A stretch of DNA of 64,000 bases, taken from assembly GCA_036172245.1 (NCBI GenBank), contig JAYWIR010000030.1, positions 1,922,001 to 1,986,000 of the forward strand, given 5' to 3'. Source of the stretch: Raillietiella orientalis (taxonomy: Eukaryota). Every line of letters starts with the position of its first letter. Positions within the stretch are counted from its first letter, which is position 1. The notes beneath the pieces were generated by a model. It was not told the origin of the DNA and ran no database searches. It saw nothing but the letters and a program-made list of their open reading frames with translations. Both the position numbers and the translations under genes were made by a program. Below are positions 1 to 13,100 of the stretch, one piece after another.

Positions 1-719
1 TTTTCGTTTCTCTGGTTGTAAAGTGAATGAGATGTGTTGCAGTAAATTCACCCCACCGTTGTCCGTCTGGGGAAAACCGATGTAGGAGATGTTCGCGTAT
101 CGTATGGCGAAGAGGTTTTCGGACCATGTGCATCTACAAGAACGAAAAGCCTTGCCGATCCCTGCTCTGAAGCTGGCAACGGTCAAATCTCCACTGAGTG
201 TGTCTGTAATGAGCCAGACTGATTGAGAGATGGCCTTCTGCACCAGGAGAGACTGCCGGAATCTCCAGGTCTGCATAATCGTTTGGAGCGGCGTGCTGCT
301 TTGGTGCCGGTTGAGTCGGCACCGATGGAGGAGGAGAGTCAAGAACTAGTGCGCGAGAAGGCTCTTCGAGGCAGAAGCTGGGAGGATCGAATCCACCTAT
401 GGATGTGGGAGAAGATCCGGAACTGTCTCCTCTGGAATGTCCACTGTTCGAACAAAAGACTGGCTGTTTCGGAAATCATGATAGCGTTGTTGGTAAACCC
501 ATCGGGAAAAGTGAAAAGCTGAACATGGAAGTAGTCGAAATCAGCTCTCCGGACGGAATGATTTCTTCAGTTTTTCATTCCCCATTTGACGCTCCCATTA
601 CCGTTTCTTTTCCGAAGGAGATACCGTTTGGAACAGCTGGCTTCTCCATCCTGTGAGTCAGGGGGTTGGTGAAGTTGGGCTGGTTCTGGCTCATCTAATG
701 ATGGGGGAACCGTGCTAGG

Positions 720-2010
720 GCGTGAAGAGAATATCCGAGAGCTTTCGGATGAAGAATACGATTAGGAGGAAAGGTGTGAACAGAGAACTGCTTTTCTTTG
801 CAAAGCAGCCCTTGGAGATGCGGTACATCGTCTTCCAATCAGTAACACCTAATGAGATATTCTGATCAGTTGCTGGAAAGCAAAGCGAAATGCAAAGAGA
901 TGCTAAAAGATGATGACTCGAACTGGGACGCATTTGAGCGTTGGTGCGAGCATTCTATGGGAAAAGCACGAAATTTTTCTGAAAATCGATCCTCCTAAGA
1001 TGTGTACGATCAGACCCTTCCAACAATACTAAAATACAGAGACTGCACCGAATGAACTGAAGAAGTGTCATCCGCACCACTATGGGATAGGATGAGATTC
1101 TCTGCTCCATAGAGCCACAGCAGGCCAGGAAGCACTTCCATAATCAACCTGAGCTCGTGGATACTGTTGATCTCAAGACCGCAGGAAAGAAACACCTAAG
1201 AGGAAATCGTCTGCAACATCTCTGAAAGTGGGACACTTTACAAGAGAGGAGGTTGCAACTTTGCTGCGGAAAGCAGAGATTTAGTTTCCGAACATCGACG
1301 GCATCACTCCAGATGGAGAATGGTGGACAACCCGATGCAGTTATATTGACGATAATCATTAATATTATGATGAAAGAGAGGTGTGCTCTATCAACGTGGG
1401 AACGCACAAGAATCATACTTCTCCCCTAGATGGCCGCAGCTTCCGAAAATCTCTCGGTTCGAAAGGCTGTTTCCATTGGGGGCAGCATACGCAGACTTTG
1501 CATCAAATACCTGACAAGATTCAGGGAGTGGATTCCAGAAAATGAACTGATCTGCTTCCAGCATCTGGGTGCTGGACCGGAATTTCGTTCTACAGACACA
1601 GCTTGACTTCACAAGTCCTCGATCTATGGACTTGAGAATGGTGTTTGCAGACTTTGCTAATGCATTTAGGACCATTCCCCGTGGCATGCTGTCCCCTACT
1701 TCGGAGAGAGGGCAGAAATAGGCAGTTCATTTGCCATCACTATGCTGAGCCTGTACTTCAACAGCACAATATCCATTCGACTGAGCTGGTCACTCGCAAG
1801 CCCTTTTTCTCCGCGGAGGGAAATGAATCAGAATTGCCACCAGAGTTCTTTGCCTTTCCTGGTTGCAGTGGAGCCCGTTCTCCGCGTCATGAGGGAGAGC
1901 CACGAGAAGGACCACGTTCCACCGGAGTGCGCCGATGAACTCGTCATCCCTTGAGGATTCCAAATAGGCTGCGCCATTTTCAAGATCTGGAGCAACGTTG
2001 CTGCTCACCT
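720..2010 (+). mobile_element. Decayed non-LTR retrotransposon reverse transcriptase (R2/NeSL/Utopia-like, RLE group)
   Basis: Colinear RT motifs across frameshifts: RNFVLQTQL..DLRMVFADFANAFRTIPRGML (~1580-1690; cf. HNFxLQ..LDLANAFGSVPH), SLYFNSTISIR..PFSPRREMNQNCHQSSLPFLVAVEPVLR (~1750-1890; cf. RGVRQGCPLSPLLFxxAIEPLLR) and CADELVI (~1928-1948; cf. YADDLV). Many stops, truncated after the catalytic motif. Left boundary uncertain. Confidence 0.75.
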
Positions 2011-2559
2011 ACTTCGAATGCTCCTCTTAATTCTATTCCGGGAAGACCTCCCGAGGATTAAGAAGTCTTGATGCTCTGCCCCTCCTCATTCTCTGCTCCC
2101 AATATTGTCATCGCCGTCGTCGTCGCTCTCCTCCTCTTCCTCCCTCTGGATTCGCCGCATCCGTCCACGGCTCGCCCTCTCCTGGAGATTTCCCTCTCTC
2201 GCTTCCCCACAGGGTCCCGAACGCCCTCAGCCTAAGAGCTCCGTTGCTCGGAATGACGCAAGGTTATCTCCTGCATCCTCTGCTCTTGGCGAGTACGCAC
2301 TGCTCAAATGCGACCTAGCTGACTATGCAGGAATCGGCTGCTACCATGAACTTTATTGTGTATTTACAAGGACCAAGATGCGATACTCTAAAACGCACTT
2401 GATGTGTCATCTGCCGCATGTAATGGAATTCCACACATCTCTTTGACGGAATGGATAGGTTTTCCTGCACATGGTCAGAAATTCAGCCGTCTTTCCATTG
2501 CGCTCATCCGAGGACTGCAATCCCTACGCTTTTTGGGGGAGGAGGAGAGGGGGGCTGGG

Positions 2560-3300
2560 AAAGAAGGGAAGCATCGGAGGTCCGGTCCTGACCACCATAT
2601 GGCCTCCGGCTCGGGGGCTCAGCAAGGTTTCGCACCTAGTTGCGTCGCGGTGTTTCATTTACAGCAACAAAAAGAAAAAAAAGGCAAACTACTCAAGGGA
2701 CGATGGAACGGGGAATTCCATCGAGGAGGGGAATGGCGAAGAGAAAGCAGAAAACAAAAAGGACTGCTCGCAGTTCCAAAAAAGCGGGAAGAGGAAAGGG
2801 ATCCCTGCCTGTGACGTCGGGTCCTCCGCATCCTTTGCAGGATGCCGGCGAGCGTCTCCTGAAGGCTCCCCAAGTGGGAGCATTTGAACCAGGCCACCTT
2901 CAAGAAGCGGATGGAGTACAACAGAGTGGCTCCCCTGCCGTTGCGGCCGCTCTCGGCCTGGCACCTTGTTGCGACGACACCGCGCAGGCAGCAGAGGCAA
3001 CGTGGCGCTTCTCCCAAAGAAGGACTCGAGAACGTTCTGGAGGGGGTCGTCCACCGGGGGGGTAGGAAAGGACCTAGGAGAAGCGTTTCAAAGGTGCTGG
3101 CAGGACAATGGACTGTTCTAGCAGGCAGGAGGAGGAAGCACCCGGAACAGCTCGACGTGGAACTCCCCTTCGTCCAGTGGTTGAGGGCAAGAGGGTCCCC
3201 GATGCGACGTCAGCAGCGCCGAAGACATCCTCTGGGAAGAGTCATCGACGTTGGGGCCCGTTCCGGCGGCAGCGAAGACTCCGATACGATCTTCGCTCAC
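2560..3300 (-). mobile_element. Decayed 3' part of an L1/Tx1-like LINE ORF2 (copy 1 of 3)
   Basis: The - strand peptide CLCCLRGVVA..YSIRFLKVA..LQETLAGILQRM is homologous to 44.2-44.4 kb (+) and 50.1-50.3 kb (-). It is followed by a T-rich 3' UTR-like tract. Confidence 0.55.
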
Positions 3301-4742
3301 CCATCCGGAAGCGCATCCAACCGCCGTGACCTCCCAGTGGTGTTCACCCGAGGATCTTCTCCAAGAGCTGGAAGCGGTCGGTCAGTAGAGGCTTCCGCGG
3401 TTCCGTTCCTCCCGGCCGGAAGAGGGAGTCAACCCTCTTGAGGGGGGGACTGGTCTGGGGAAGAAACCAAAGCGCTCCGAGTGATCGCGGACGACGGCGT
3501 CTCTGGGTCCGCTTCTGAGACCGCAGCTGACGCGTCCTCGACCTCGGCCTCTTCGAGGAGACCTGGATCCGTGTTCGCGGAGCACTCCGCCCCGGCGTCG
3601 CTTCCTCGGCGGAACTGCGGAGGAATGTTCTCGCCCCCTATAGCCTCCCTCAAAAAGGAAACGCCGCTGCCGAGGTGGTCCGGTCTTCCACGCTCCAGGC
3701 TCTGGCAGTTGTCTTAACCGGGAGGCGCGCCTGCTCATCCCCCTGAGAGCTCTCTGAGACAGAGCCGCGCGAATCGTCTAGTGTGTGCGTCTCAGGCGCG
3801 CTAGGAGATTGCGTATTCCCCCCTCCGTTTTCCAGAGGGGCGTGGCTTTGGAGATGCGCGCCCGATGACGTGTACTCTTCCACCCACAGGTGCGAGCTGG
3901 AAAGAGCCTGTTTCTCCCCGCTCGCGGACGAGCAGGGACTCGGTACTACTTTGTAAGCATCCGATCGCACCTGTTAGGGTGAAGTATTACTTGTTGCCAT
4001 AGGTATATCCGTTGCGAATATCAAGTACTATGTATGGCACACGTGTATTACTTCCGATATTGTAGTACTCTGTAAGCTTCCTTGTATTACTTATTAATTA
4101 CACGTGACATCTGGGGACTCCGTTCGAGTTCTACAGCACGGGGGAAGCGGAATCCAAACGTTCGCGTACCTCCGCGTACCTTTGATCACTGTTCGCAGAC
4201 TTCTTTGTATCGTTCTGCACCTCAGACATAACGGCATTCCACGCACGACGTCCACGTATGTAAGTGAATGGCAGTTTGACATTTTATTTCGTGAATTGCG
4301 GGGTGGCATTTGCAAAATAGATTCGTAGATGGAAGCATCGTATTTTGTAGAGATGGCGCCCGCTTATGGCTTCTAATCATGAACACGCATCCGTAAATAA
4401 ATACACCCATGCATTAACATCCATCTAAAGATCCAATTCATCAAGCGGTTCAGCAGCCGCGAATGTGCATGTTGCAGGTTTCGTCACGTGTCAAAAGATG
4501 GGATTACTTTGATGGGCACATTGTCATCGCTCATTGGTTTCCCATTAAATTTTCACTGCTTTTGCAGCCTACTCGTCAATGCTGAACCCGTGGCCACGCG
4601 TGGCAACCAGGAGAGCACTCCAGAAGCAGTCTTGCCCGGTCAGGTTGCAAAAAGGTTTATCTTGCAGATTGGCACGTTCGCGGTCAATCTTTCCAACCTC
4701 TCTCGTTGCCCAAGAGATACGAACCACATTGTCTCTAGATAG

Positions 4743-5340
4743 CTGTACCATTTCCCAGTCAAACCGCGCCCAAGCGAAATGTACGTTCAACGCTTTGTTT
4801 GCTTACTGGACTTGTTGAGAACGAAAAACACACAGACGAGCCGTGCGAGGTTTCCATCATAAATTTAAAAACGTATGCACCTTCTCAGGACTTCACACGG
4901 AAAATTACAACTTCTTAGGCATACCTGAATTTTCGATCTGTGCATGGCTACATTATGGTACATTTAATTGCATCCACGTCTACTCGACTGAGTAGTTTCG
5001 CAGCAGAATATCGGTTCTTATTTGCTGAATACGTTTAGTACTCTGCTTGGAAAATGTGCAAACTCGAAAATTTCCTGGAAAGAAAACAGGCATCTTGGGG
5101 AAACAGCCTGCTCGATAGACGGAAGATTGAAGAAAATCGATTCACAGTAATAACCAGGAAGCCAATACTTTGTCAAAGACTGACTCCGAATGCTCCCACA
5201 GAGAAGTTCAGGGAAGCAACAAGGTCGCATTATGATCCGCCGCCATTCTTTCACTCTTGCATCCTTTTGATAGAAACTTTCTACTTGAACGAGCTCGTGT
5301 GTGAAGTGGTGCATGAGGAGGCTTTGTTGTTTCTATTAAG
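4743..5340 (+). CDS. Putative micro-exon-rich gene fragment, product unknown
   Basis: Six GT..AG segments of 46-55 nt (4781-4835, 4873-4918, 4958-5003, 5033-5082, 5147-5201, 5224-5273) separate 22-67 nt exons. These splice into one open frame (LYHFPVKPRPSEIRAVRGFHHKFKNAYLNFRSVHGYIMQNIGSYLLNT...). Some donors are weak, there is no recognisable homology, and start and stop were not found. Confidence 0.3.
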
Positions 5341-6839
5341 GTATCCAGCATGAGAAAGATTATTGCTGGAGTGTTGCTGATTGGCGGAAGGAATTCTACT
5401 GTACAGCATCCAAAGGTTTCTCTTCCCTAACTGGTACTTTGTACTGCGTCTCTTTGCACTAAGAAGTGAATGATGCCTCGCTGATTCCTAAGCAGATTTA
5501 CTCTTATTTTGAAAGTGATCTTTTTTTTTTTTTCTTTTGATTTCACTTCTCTGGTTCTTTTTTTTCTTTTCTTTTCTGTATGTTTAAGAAGCAACGAGGA
5601 ATTTTTAATATGCAATATCTTTTGTCAACGTTCCATCAGTTTGTTCTGTAGCTGATGATTGTACCCATGAAACGAGGAAAGAAAATGTTTCGGACATGTT
5701 GATTTTCCTTTTCTTGTTTTTTTGTTTTCCTGTTTCAATGCTTGGTGTCGAGCAAGTATTTCATGGAGTGCAGATACTTGTGAACGGTCCAGGGAAAGAG
5801 AATGGGAGCATTGGTAAATTGTGGACTAGAAAAATGTAAAGACAGTGCTTTTTAGAAGCATGAAGGCTAGAAGAAGCTGCTGCTAAATGTCTTTTTGTGT
5901 TCTTGAAAAAATGCAACAAATGTAATAAATGTGAGGAAGTTATCGACATATCAGTTCTGGTGCATGCGCTGGTGCAGCTCTGTGAGGAAGTTATTGACAT
6001 CACGCTTGCTGCAATTGCACAGTTTACTTTAGCCGTGATACAACCAAAATTAAGTATTGTGACCAAAGTGTAGCGTTAAAGCCTACCAAAGTGCAGGTCA
6101 CCTCTGTTTTTATCATTTTTGCTTCCGTTATTCTTTCATTAATATCTGGAAACATCCGACCCTTAGCAGATCAAAATTGAAAATTTCCCGATGAAACTTT
6201 GACTAGAAGTGCGACGCTTTTCGATATTTACCGTTCTTGGTCAAGCTCTTTCGAGTGAATTCCAAATAGGCTTATAATTCTCCCATGATTCTAGAATTAT
6301 TGATAGAAAAGATACATGTGTCTATGTTCAGCATGGATGTGTTGCTGGATGTCATACACACATAAACACAGACGCGGATACTCGTGTGAGTCAAAATCAC
6401 GGATTATGTGAACATCTGAAATGTAAACACATGCATGCGTGCGTTCCAAAACAGTGGCCTGGATCCATCTCATGAAGAGCGACAAACGGGCGGGTCCAAT
6501 GCAGTCGAATGCCCAGCATCCTCAAAGTCGATTTTCCAGTCTTAAACAATGATGTGTACTTGGCAGCATTGCTTATATATCGTTTTGGTTGTAAAACCCA
6601 AAACATAGAAATAGACGACCCAGTAGATGATGGATGATGATGATCTGTGCACTCTCCAACGCAAGTGAGGTGTCGAGGTCTTTATCGAGCAGGAAGACGG
6701 AGTTTCTTGGCCTTTCCAAAAGCATGCGTACCTGGACAGCTTGGCAGCGGCAGCTCTCGGCTTGAACTCTGCCACGAATGTACACCTCCTTGAGTGCAGG
6801 GAGTGTATTTCAGCACAGCTGAACAGCGAAGTGTGTTGC

Positions 6840-7154
6840 ACGGATCGAAAACGAAACACTGGATGGATTTCTCATCGTTCAAGTCGACTGCAGGGACGAA
6901 AAGTTGAACAAAGTTCCGGATCCGGACGGTGCAATAAGGGGCGGCCGAGGGATCGAAGCGTACACGGGATCAGTGTGTACGCACTTGTTCCCAAGGGTCT
7001 CCCATGTACTTATGTACACGTATATGCTTTGTCCGTCTGTCGGATGGGGGCCTCCTCGTCCGCAACGCAGCCCAAGCAGCGTTGCCGCAGTTTCGGCGGA
7101 CGTCGTGGGGTGCGGCGCTCCTTCAGTGGTCCTCTGTCAGAATTTGCCAAAGGC
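6840..7154. promoter_or_regulatory. CpG-rich promoter/5' region of the SGNH gene
   Basis: Local GC/CpG-rich patch immediately upstream of ATG 7155, contrasting with the CpG-poor gene body. Confidence 0.35.
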
Positions 7155-9069
7155 ATGAAAGTCACCGTTCCCGGTTGCGGCAGATGGAAAAGAGGAATCA
7201 AGTTTGGCCTTTTCGTGGGAGTTCTGTTCTCCCTGTACACGATTTTCATGTTCCAGAAAGCGTACTTCGTTTTGCGATTGCAAAACCTCGCTTATACTGC
7301 AGTGAAAAAGTGTAAGTTGTTTAAGATGATACTTTTTGCCAGAGGCGCCTTCGTCTTGGGAACAAAACAAAGCATTATTTGGAAATTTGAATTCGAAGTA
7401 CTTTGGGGAGAACTTTCGTATTCTATTTTATTTACGTTCTCGGACTGGTGTGCTTTCCCAGTGGAATTTTCATAAATTACGGGGAAAAGCGCCCAAGCAG
7501 TATTCTTTAATGCACAGTACATTGCAAGGTACAGTTCACCTTAAATCAATCCAGCGCTTTTGGCTGAAATAATTCGTGAAAATCTGCAGAGAGACTGCAG
7601 GTCACGAAAGCACTTTGCCACCTTAAGGGATGCATTGCCTTAGACAATGTAATGTTTTGATTTGGGGATCTAATAAGCAAATGATTATGACTGGTGGGCA
7701 TTAATACTGACGGCAACTTATGATTATTACGTACTTTGTATTAGTAGGCAACGATTATGTTTTCGTTAACATCCAGTTCTGTTAATTCCCCAGAGAATGA
7801 AAAGGGATACTATCAGTACCTGTATGCTTACCTAGCATTACTTACCTCTCATGATAGGTTCTAAAATATGCAAATTTCTACTACAAATGTTTTGTTTTGT
7901 TTTATTCAATTTATTTCCACTAAATTTGTTGTTTTTCCACAGATAACTGGGAAGGCACTGTGTGCAAGTGTGCATTGAATTTGCAGTGCTCATGTGGAAT
8001 TGAAGTTCAAGATGATTGCCATACTTCAATGGGTTTTTCCCACTATACAGCTCACAGTAGTCTTTTGAAAGGGGTGGCATATCCAATCACACAGAACCAA
8101 AATATAAAATCCAATTCTACATGTTTGACATACCATTACAATTCGGAACAGATATTTAAGTGTTTGAAGAACCGAATTCAGAAGCATCTTGTAAACTATT
8201 TTGTATTCATAGGAGATTCTCAAGTTCGAAACAAAATGCTAAAATTCGTTGAAATGTTACAGTTGCACAACATAACAGTAGTATTATCTCCTGTAAGTTG
8301 CATAATTTTTAGAAAGCTTGTTGAAGTTAATTTACAGAATTCCAATCCTAAAATTGTAGATATCACAGAAATTTATGGAGACGGACTAAACACACCAATC
8401 CATGAAGATATCAACATTAATATTCAAGGTGAAATTAACATAAAGATTATGTTTAAGTGGACTGCTGAAATTAGTAACAACACATATATGTTTCTGAAGG
8501 AAGTACTTCAGGCTCCAGAGATCCCAGGACTTATTTTAATGGGTAACACATCCAAAATTTTAGTTACATTAAGTAACTCATATGTAGGAGTTGGAGGATG
8601 GTATGGAATGCGTGGCCAATCAGTGATGGAATATGAAGCTGATCTCAGACAGGTGGCAGATATCTTAAAGCAATTGGCCATACGCACTCCAGTAGTGTGG
8701 CAACTTTTGGAACCCATGAAGGAATATATCATTACTGAAGGTCGATTTCCCTTTGACAGATATGTCAACAAGGACTTCCAGCCCTCATTATTGCGGCTTA
8801 GTACCTTGGTTTCTTACAATTGCTGTACAAGAAAAGTTCTTAATAGTAGTTCTATTATTTGGTGGGATTCATTGTGGACCACAGCATGGTTGGAAGTAGT
8901 TTCTTGTTATTGGAGCACCAGTAACAGTCCAACACATAAATGCTTAGATGTGTTACACTTTACTTCTGCAGTTCTGAGTGAAAATGCACAGATGATACTG
9001 AACTTCCTCTGCAACAATAATGTTCGACTGCTAAATCAGAACAGCTGTGGAAGCATTCCAAGGTTTTGA
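7155..9069 (+). CDS. Type II membrane SGNH/PC-esterase protein, CASD1 N-terminal-domain-like (O-acetyltransferase/esterase), ~397 aa
   Basis: Exons 7155-7311, 7943-8292, 8338-8542, 8588-9069 join in frame with GT-AG introns (1194 nt). N-terminal TM segment FGLFVGVLFSLYTIFMF, then CxxxxY..C..FVFIGDSQVR (catalytic Ser) and DVLH..AQMILNFLCN (DxxH), as in the CASD1 luminal domain. An extra exon in 7312-7942 cannot be excluded. Confidence 0.8.
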
Positions 9070-10103
9070 TCTCAAACCATTCAACATCTTTGAAAATATT
9101 ATGATTATGAGCTTCATGACACAGTGTTGCTGACCAATCAAGCATTGTGTTACTGCAATTTATGTCAAGGAGCCATTACAGCACTCATGTCTTTTGGGAA
9201 AATACCAGACTGCACTTGAGTTTGTGTTAAGCAGGAGCTTAAAGTGATAGTGCATTGACATCCGTTGTCTGCAAACATTGTTATCTGCAGGTTAGAAAGT
9301 CATCAGGTTCAGAAAGCCTTCAGCAATCTATGAGAACTGCATTCCTTCTCACTTCAATAAATGATAAATCTGTTCATCTTTGCAAACAAGTGCTCAGTTT
9401 GACTTGTTGCACATTGGCATGTGCACAATGTCAGATTTTGTAATCATGGAATAGTACGTTTCTTAGAATAATTTTTATGTATGGGCAACTTTATTCAGAT
9501 TTAACTGCAGCTTTATGGACGAAACTTGATGTATGTGTAAATTGGACAGAAGAGGCATCGATGATCACAATACTCTTATGAAACACTTTCGTTACTAATA
9601 GTACCATACTAATTGGTAGTATTCTAATGAATACGATCAAAAATATAAGAAACACTAGCATGTCACCACGACAATATTAAAATTCTGCACACATAGCAGA
9701 AAATCTGCTTATCTTCTATGTTTCGTGATTTGTGATCATTTTTTTTTTTTCTTTTCTTTTTTTTTCTCCAATTGCAACGCCACAAAAATCAGAATATCCT
9801 TTGCATGAGTGCAGAACGTAACAATTGGGCTGGAAAGCAAAAAAATAATTATCAGTAAGCATGAGACCTTGTTGACTATTTCTGATGTTACCTTTAAGAA
9901 GCCATGCTCAAATTATAAGAAACAAAACTGGTATGTTGCTAGTAGAATAGAATACAACAGTGTATCAGTAATAAATAGCTAGGATACGGCTAGAAAAGAG
10001 AAATGAAAATTGGCTAAAAAAAAAAAACCTTTTATCCACTAACATGCAACAATTCTTTCAAGAAGAGCAAGCACCGAGATAGTCTAAGGTTTACCTTCAT
10101 TCC

Positions 10104-13100
10104 TCATGGACCAGCATCCTTTTTCCTGAAATAAAAGCACATTACACTTGATTGAAAAAGAGTTTGTATTTGTTTGATGCACCTGCTTTGAGTAATGATT
10201 TTTCTGTGTCCTGTCAAACTGAATGCAACCCGAGGTAAAACCATTCTGGCATTCCCTTGTGCAGGTCTTGATCCTCCAGGTACTTTTAGTTGGGCTAAAT
10301 GAGCCACATAGCCATCAGTTATAATGGTTGCTAATGCATGTTGCTTTTTTGATGCTTTGCCCACAATGAAGATTTGTTCTGCTTGTAATCCCAAGGAGGT
10401 ATACACTTGAATATCTTTGCTGCTACCATAAGCAGCATGAAATGTGACTTGACAGTCTTGCATCAGAAAACGCAAATAACTTGCTTTATGACCAAGAGGA
10501 TCTGTAGATAAGCCATCTGCAAAGGACATTAAGCCCTGAGGGAAATTATGCTGTCCCAGCCATGTTAGCACTTGATGCTTTTGCATATCTGGACGTCCAG
10601 TGATATAGATGAGCAAGTAGCCAAGTTCTTGCCAATGGCGTGCTACATCTACTGCTCCTGGACGAACTTTGGGATCACGGCCACTCACTGACATGCTGGC
10701 CGTGAATGATCCATCAATACTGAACACTATGCACTCAGTATGAGGTGGTACAACAGCAAGTTGTAAATTGGCTGCAGTCTGGTCGCCTCTAGGGATATTT
10801 ACTACAAAGTTTCTGGGAGCATTCCTACCTAACCACCATGCTAATGGGATGCACTCCATATGGGAGCAGTTTATGCTTTGGCAAGGTGTAGGTGAGTCTT
10901 CCAGTTTTATCAGTCACTTCAGTAGCAATCAGAGTCCACTCATTCAAATGGCAATCTTCAACATGTATATCAACTTTTTCTCCAGAAAGAGCCACCATGT
11001 CCAGTGGACCATACATAAAACGAGCTGCTATTGTTTGGGACATGCCATCTGTAACAATGACATCATTTCCTCTGTGGTTGGAAGCCATGTTCTGCTGATA
11101 CTTAGAGTGAATAGTCGATACATTTCAAGTTACCTTCAACTTCACCGAAGTTCGTTTCCTTAACCATTTTTCACGCTTAAAAGATGAGATTTTTTCTTTG
11201 TCAGAAATAAAGGCTAATGCCAAATCTGAAGGAACAAATTGGCGTAGAATAAAGGCTGCTACATCTTGAGATTCCCAATAACTGGCATGGAAGAGATGAG
11301 GCAGCACATTGACAGGGAATGCAGCCAATCCCTCTGGACAGTAGAGTGCATAATCAATACGCTTCTTGCCCCACCATTTGGCAGATACTAAAACCATATA
11401 TATCTTTTAATTATGGCGGCATTACGCTGGATACTTACAAGATGAAAAAATATGTAGCACAGGCTCCAGGGACATAGATAAACTGCTCTGCATGCTAACT
11501 TCTGACACGCGTCGCAAATGATGTAGGTTGGCAGGACTACCATGAGACACACCACCATCATCCACAAATAACGTTGGGTTGCTTTGTAGATATTCCACTA
11601 TAATAAAAAATTCGTGCAAACTATTGCAAACCATAAGATGCTTACAGAGATGTACTGGGAATCCATTTCCTAAGGGATACATCTGGTAGCGTGGCACATT
11701 GATGGGAGGAAGCAAAGAGAACCGAGCAGATATAAGAGGCTCCATACGAGATGATAAAGGATCAGTGGGATGAAATAAATTGTATATCTGGTTGCATGGG
11801 GGTCGTGGAATAGGAGCTTGAGTATCCGCTAACAAAATAACAATTGCAATCACATCACCTACCATCTCGATCACTAGCACCAGATATTTTCCGGAAAGCA
11901 AGAACCAGAGGTAAGAAGCTGCCAAACATGAAGAATTCTGATACATCAAATTGCAACTGTAAGGGAGATCTAAAAAATTCAATCATTTCAGAAGTATTTC
12001 CAATGAAATACATCTGCAACATCAGCTTATTCTATCCAATCAAATATCAACTGTAACCTTGGGCTAAGCATGAAATATAAGAGAAGAGAAATATAAGAGA
12101 GAATAATCATGAAATATAAGAGAGAGTAGAGTGCAGATGAACAGGAAACCACAGAGAATCACTTAACGTACTTTTCATCAGCTGCCAAATCTTCTATCAT
12201 CCCTGTTTCCTGGTTTTCTTTGCCTAATCAGAAGTGTTTTTCCCTAAATTTATGCTGCTACTTACCTAAGTTCATGGTCATAGCATCATAAGCCAACAAA
12301 GCACCAACACAATCTCCTGCAAACAAAACTATACGGAAACCAAATACACTGCCTTATGCTACCTATAATATTAATTGTGCCTGTGAAGTCTTGTCCCTCA
12401 GAAGATTTGATGAACTCTTCGTACACTCGATTAGCAGTTCTAATAACTTCCTTGACATACAAATGATATTCTGGATAACAACTGCACAAAAGAGGCAGAG
12501 CTCCTAAGGGAATGGAGTCATGGGTGATAGGGAAAGTACTGTCTATGGAAGAAGGAGATGCATCAAAACTATAAGGATTTAGGCTTGATAAAATGGTTAA
12601 AGCTTCACTACAAATTGATGGACAAGGCACAAGGCGCACTTCCACATGCCCTTGCAACGTAGGATAATGTTGGGAAATAATGTTATCCAAAGTAGAACGG
12701 AAAGTAGCAACATCTGAATTCTTGGACGCCAGATCAGAATTAGCATCTTTATAGGACTTTGACTCAATTGTTTATCGATCAGTTTATCTACCTAATATAC
12801 TGCTACCATTAAAAACAAGCAGTAAAAGCGATGATGCATCGGCAGCTGTCAGATTTTGCGAAAAGATGGAAGGAGCATTACCATCAGTGGTTGTGCTCTG
12901 TCTCCTGCGAGCTTGCTCAGAGCTAATTTTCCAAAGAAATGTTTTGCTGAAGATGCTATCAGCTGCACAACAAAAGAATTGCTGTATTCGTAAGATGGTA
13001 GTCTACCTGTGGGTGGGGTGGAAGTCTCATCCAAAGGAAGAAGATCCAATGAGCTCCATTTAGTCAGAGACATTGCATGTGGTGAATCTTCTAAAGAAGA

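Noticed and set aside
1140..1800. Polinton/Maverick pPolB-like reading on the - strand (VFDAKSAYAA; FLSCGLEINSIH)
   Set aside because: The + strand gives a much better ordered set of non-LTR RT motifs, and polB motifs B and C are absent. This is an antisense coincidence.
5281..5487. Neuropeptide-like KRRSTKYQLGKR on the - strand
   Set aside because: Single motif, no signal-peptide exon found, and it overlaps an alternative + strand model.
5930..6000. CRISPR-like repeat-spacer-repeat (TGTGAGGAAGTTATYGACAT x2, 31-nt spacer)
   Set aside because: Only two units, eukaryotic context and no cas genes. The nearby CASD1-like gene is unrelated to CRISPR Cas1.
6010..6290. Spliced - strand model with in-frame TGA (possible selenoprotein)
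   Set aside because: No similarity to a known selenoprotein, no redox motif, no SECIS recognised, and the exon phases are arbitrary.
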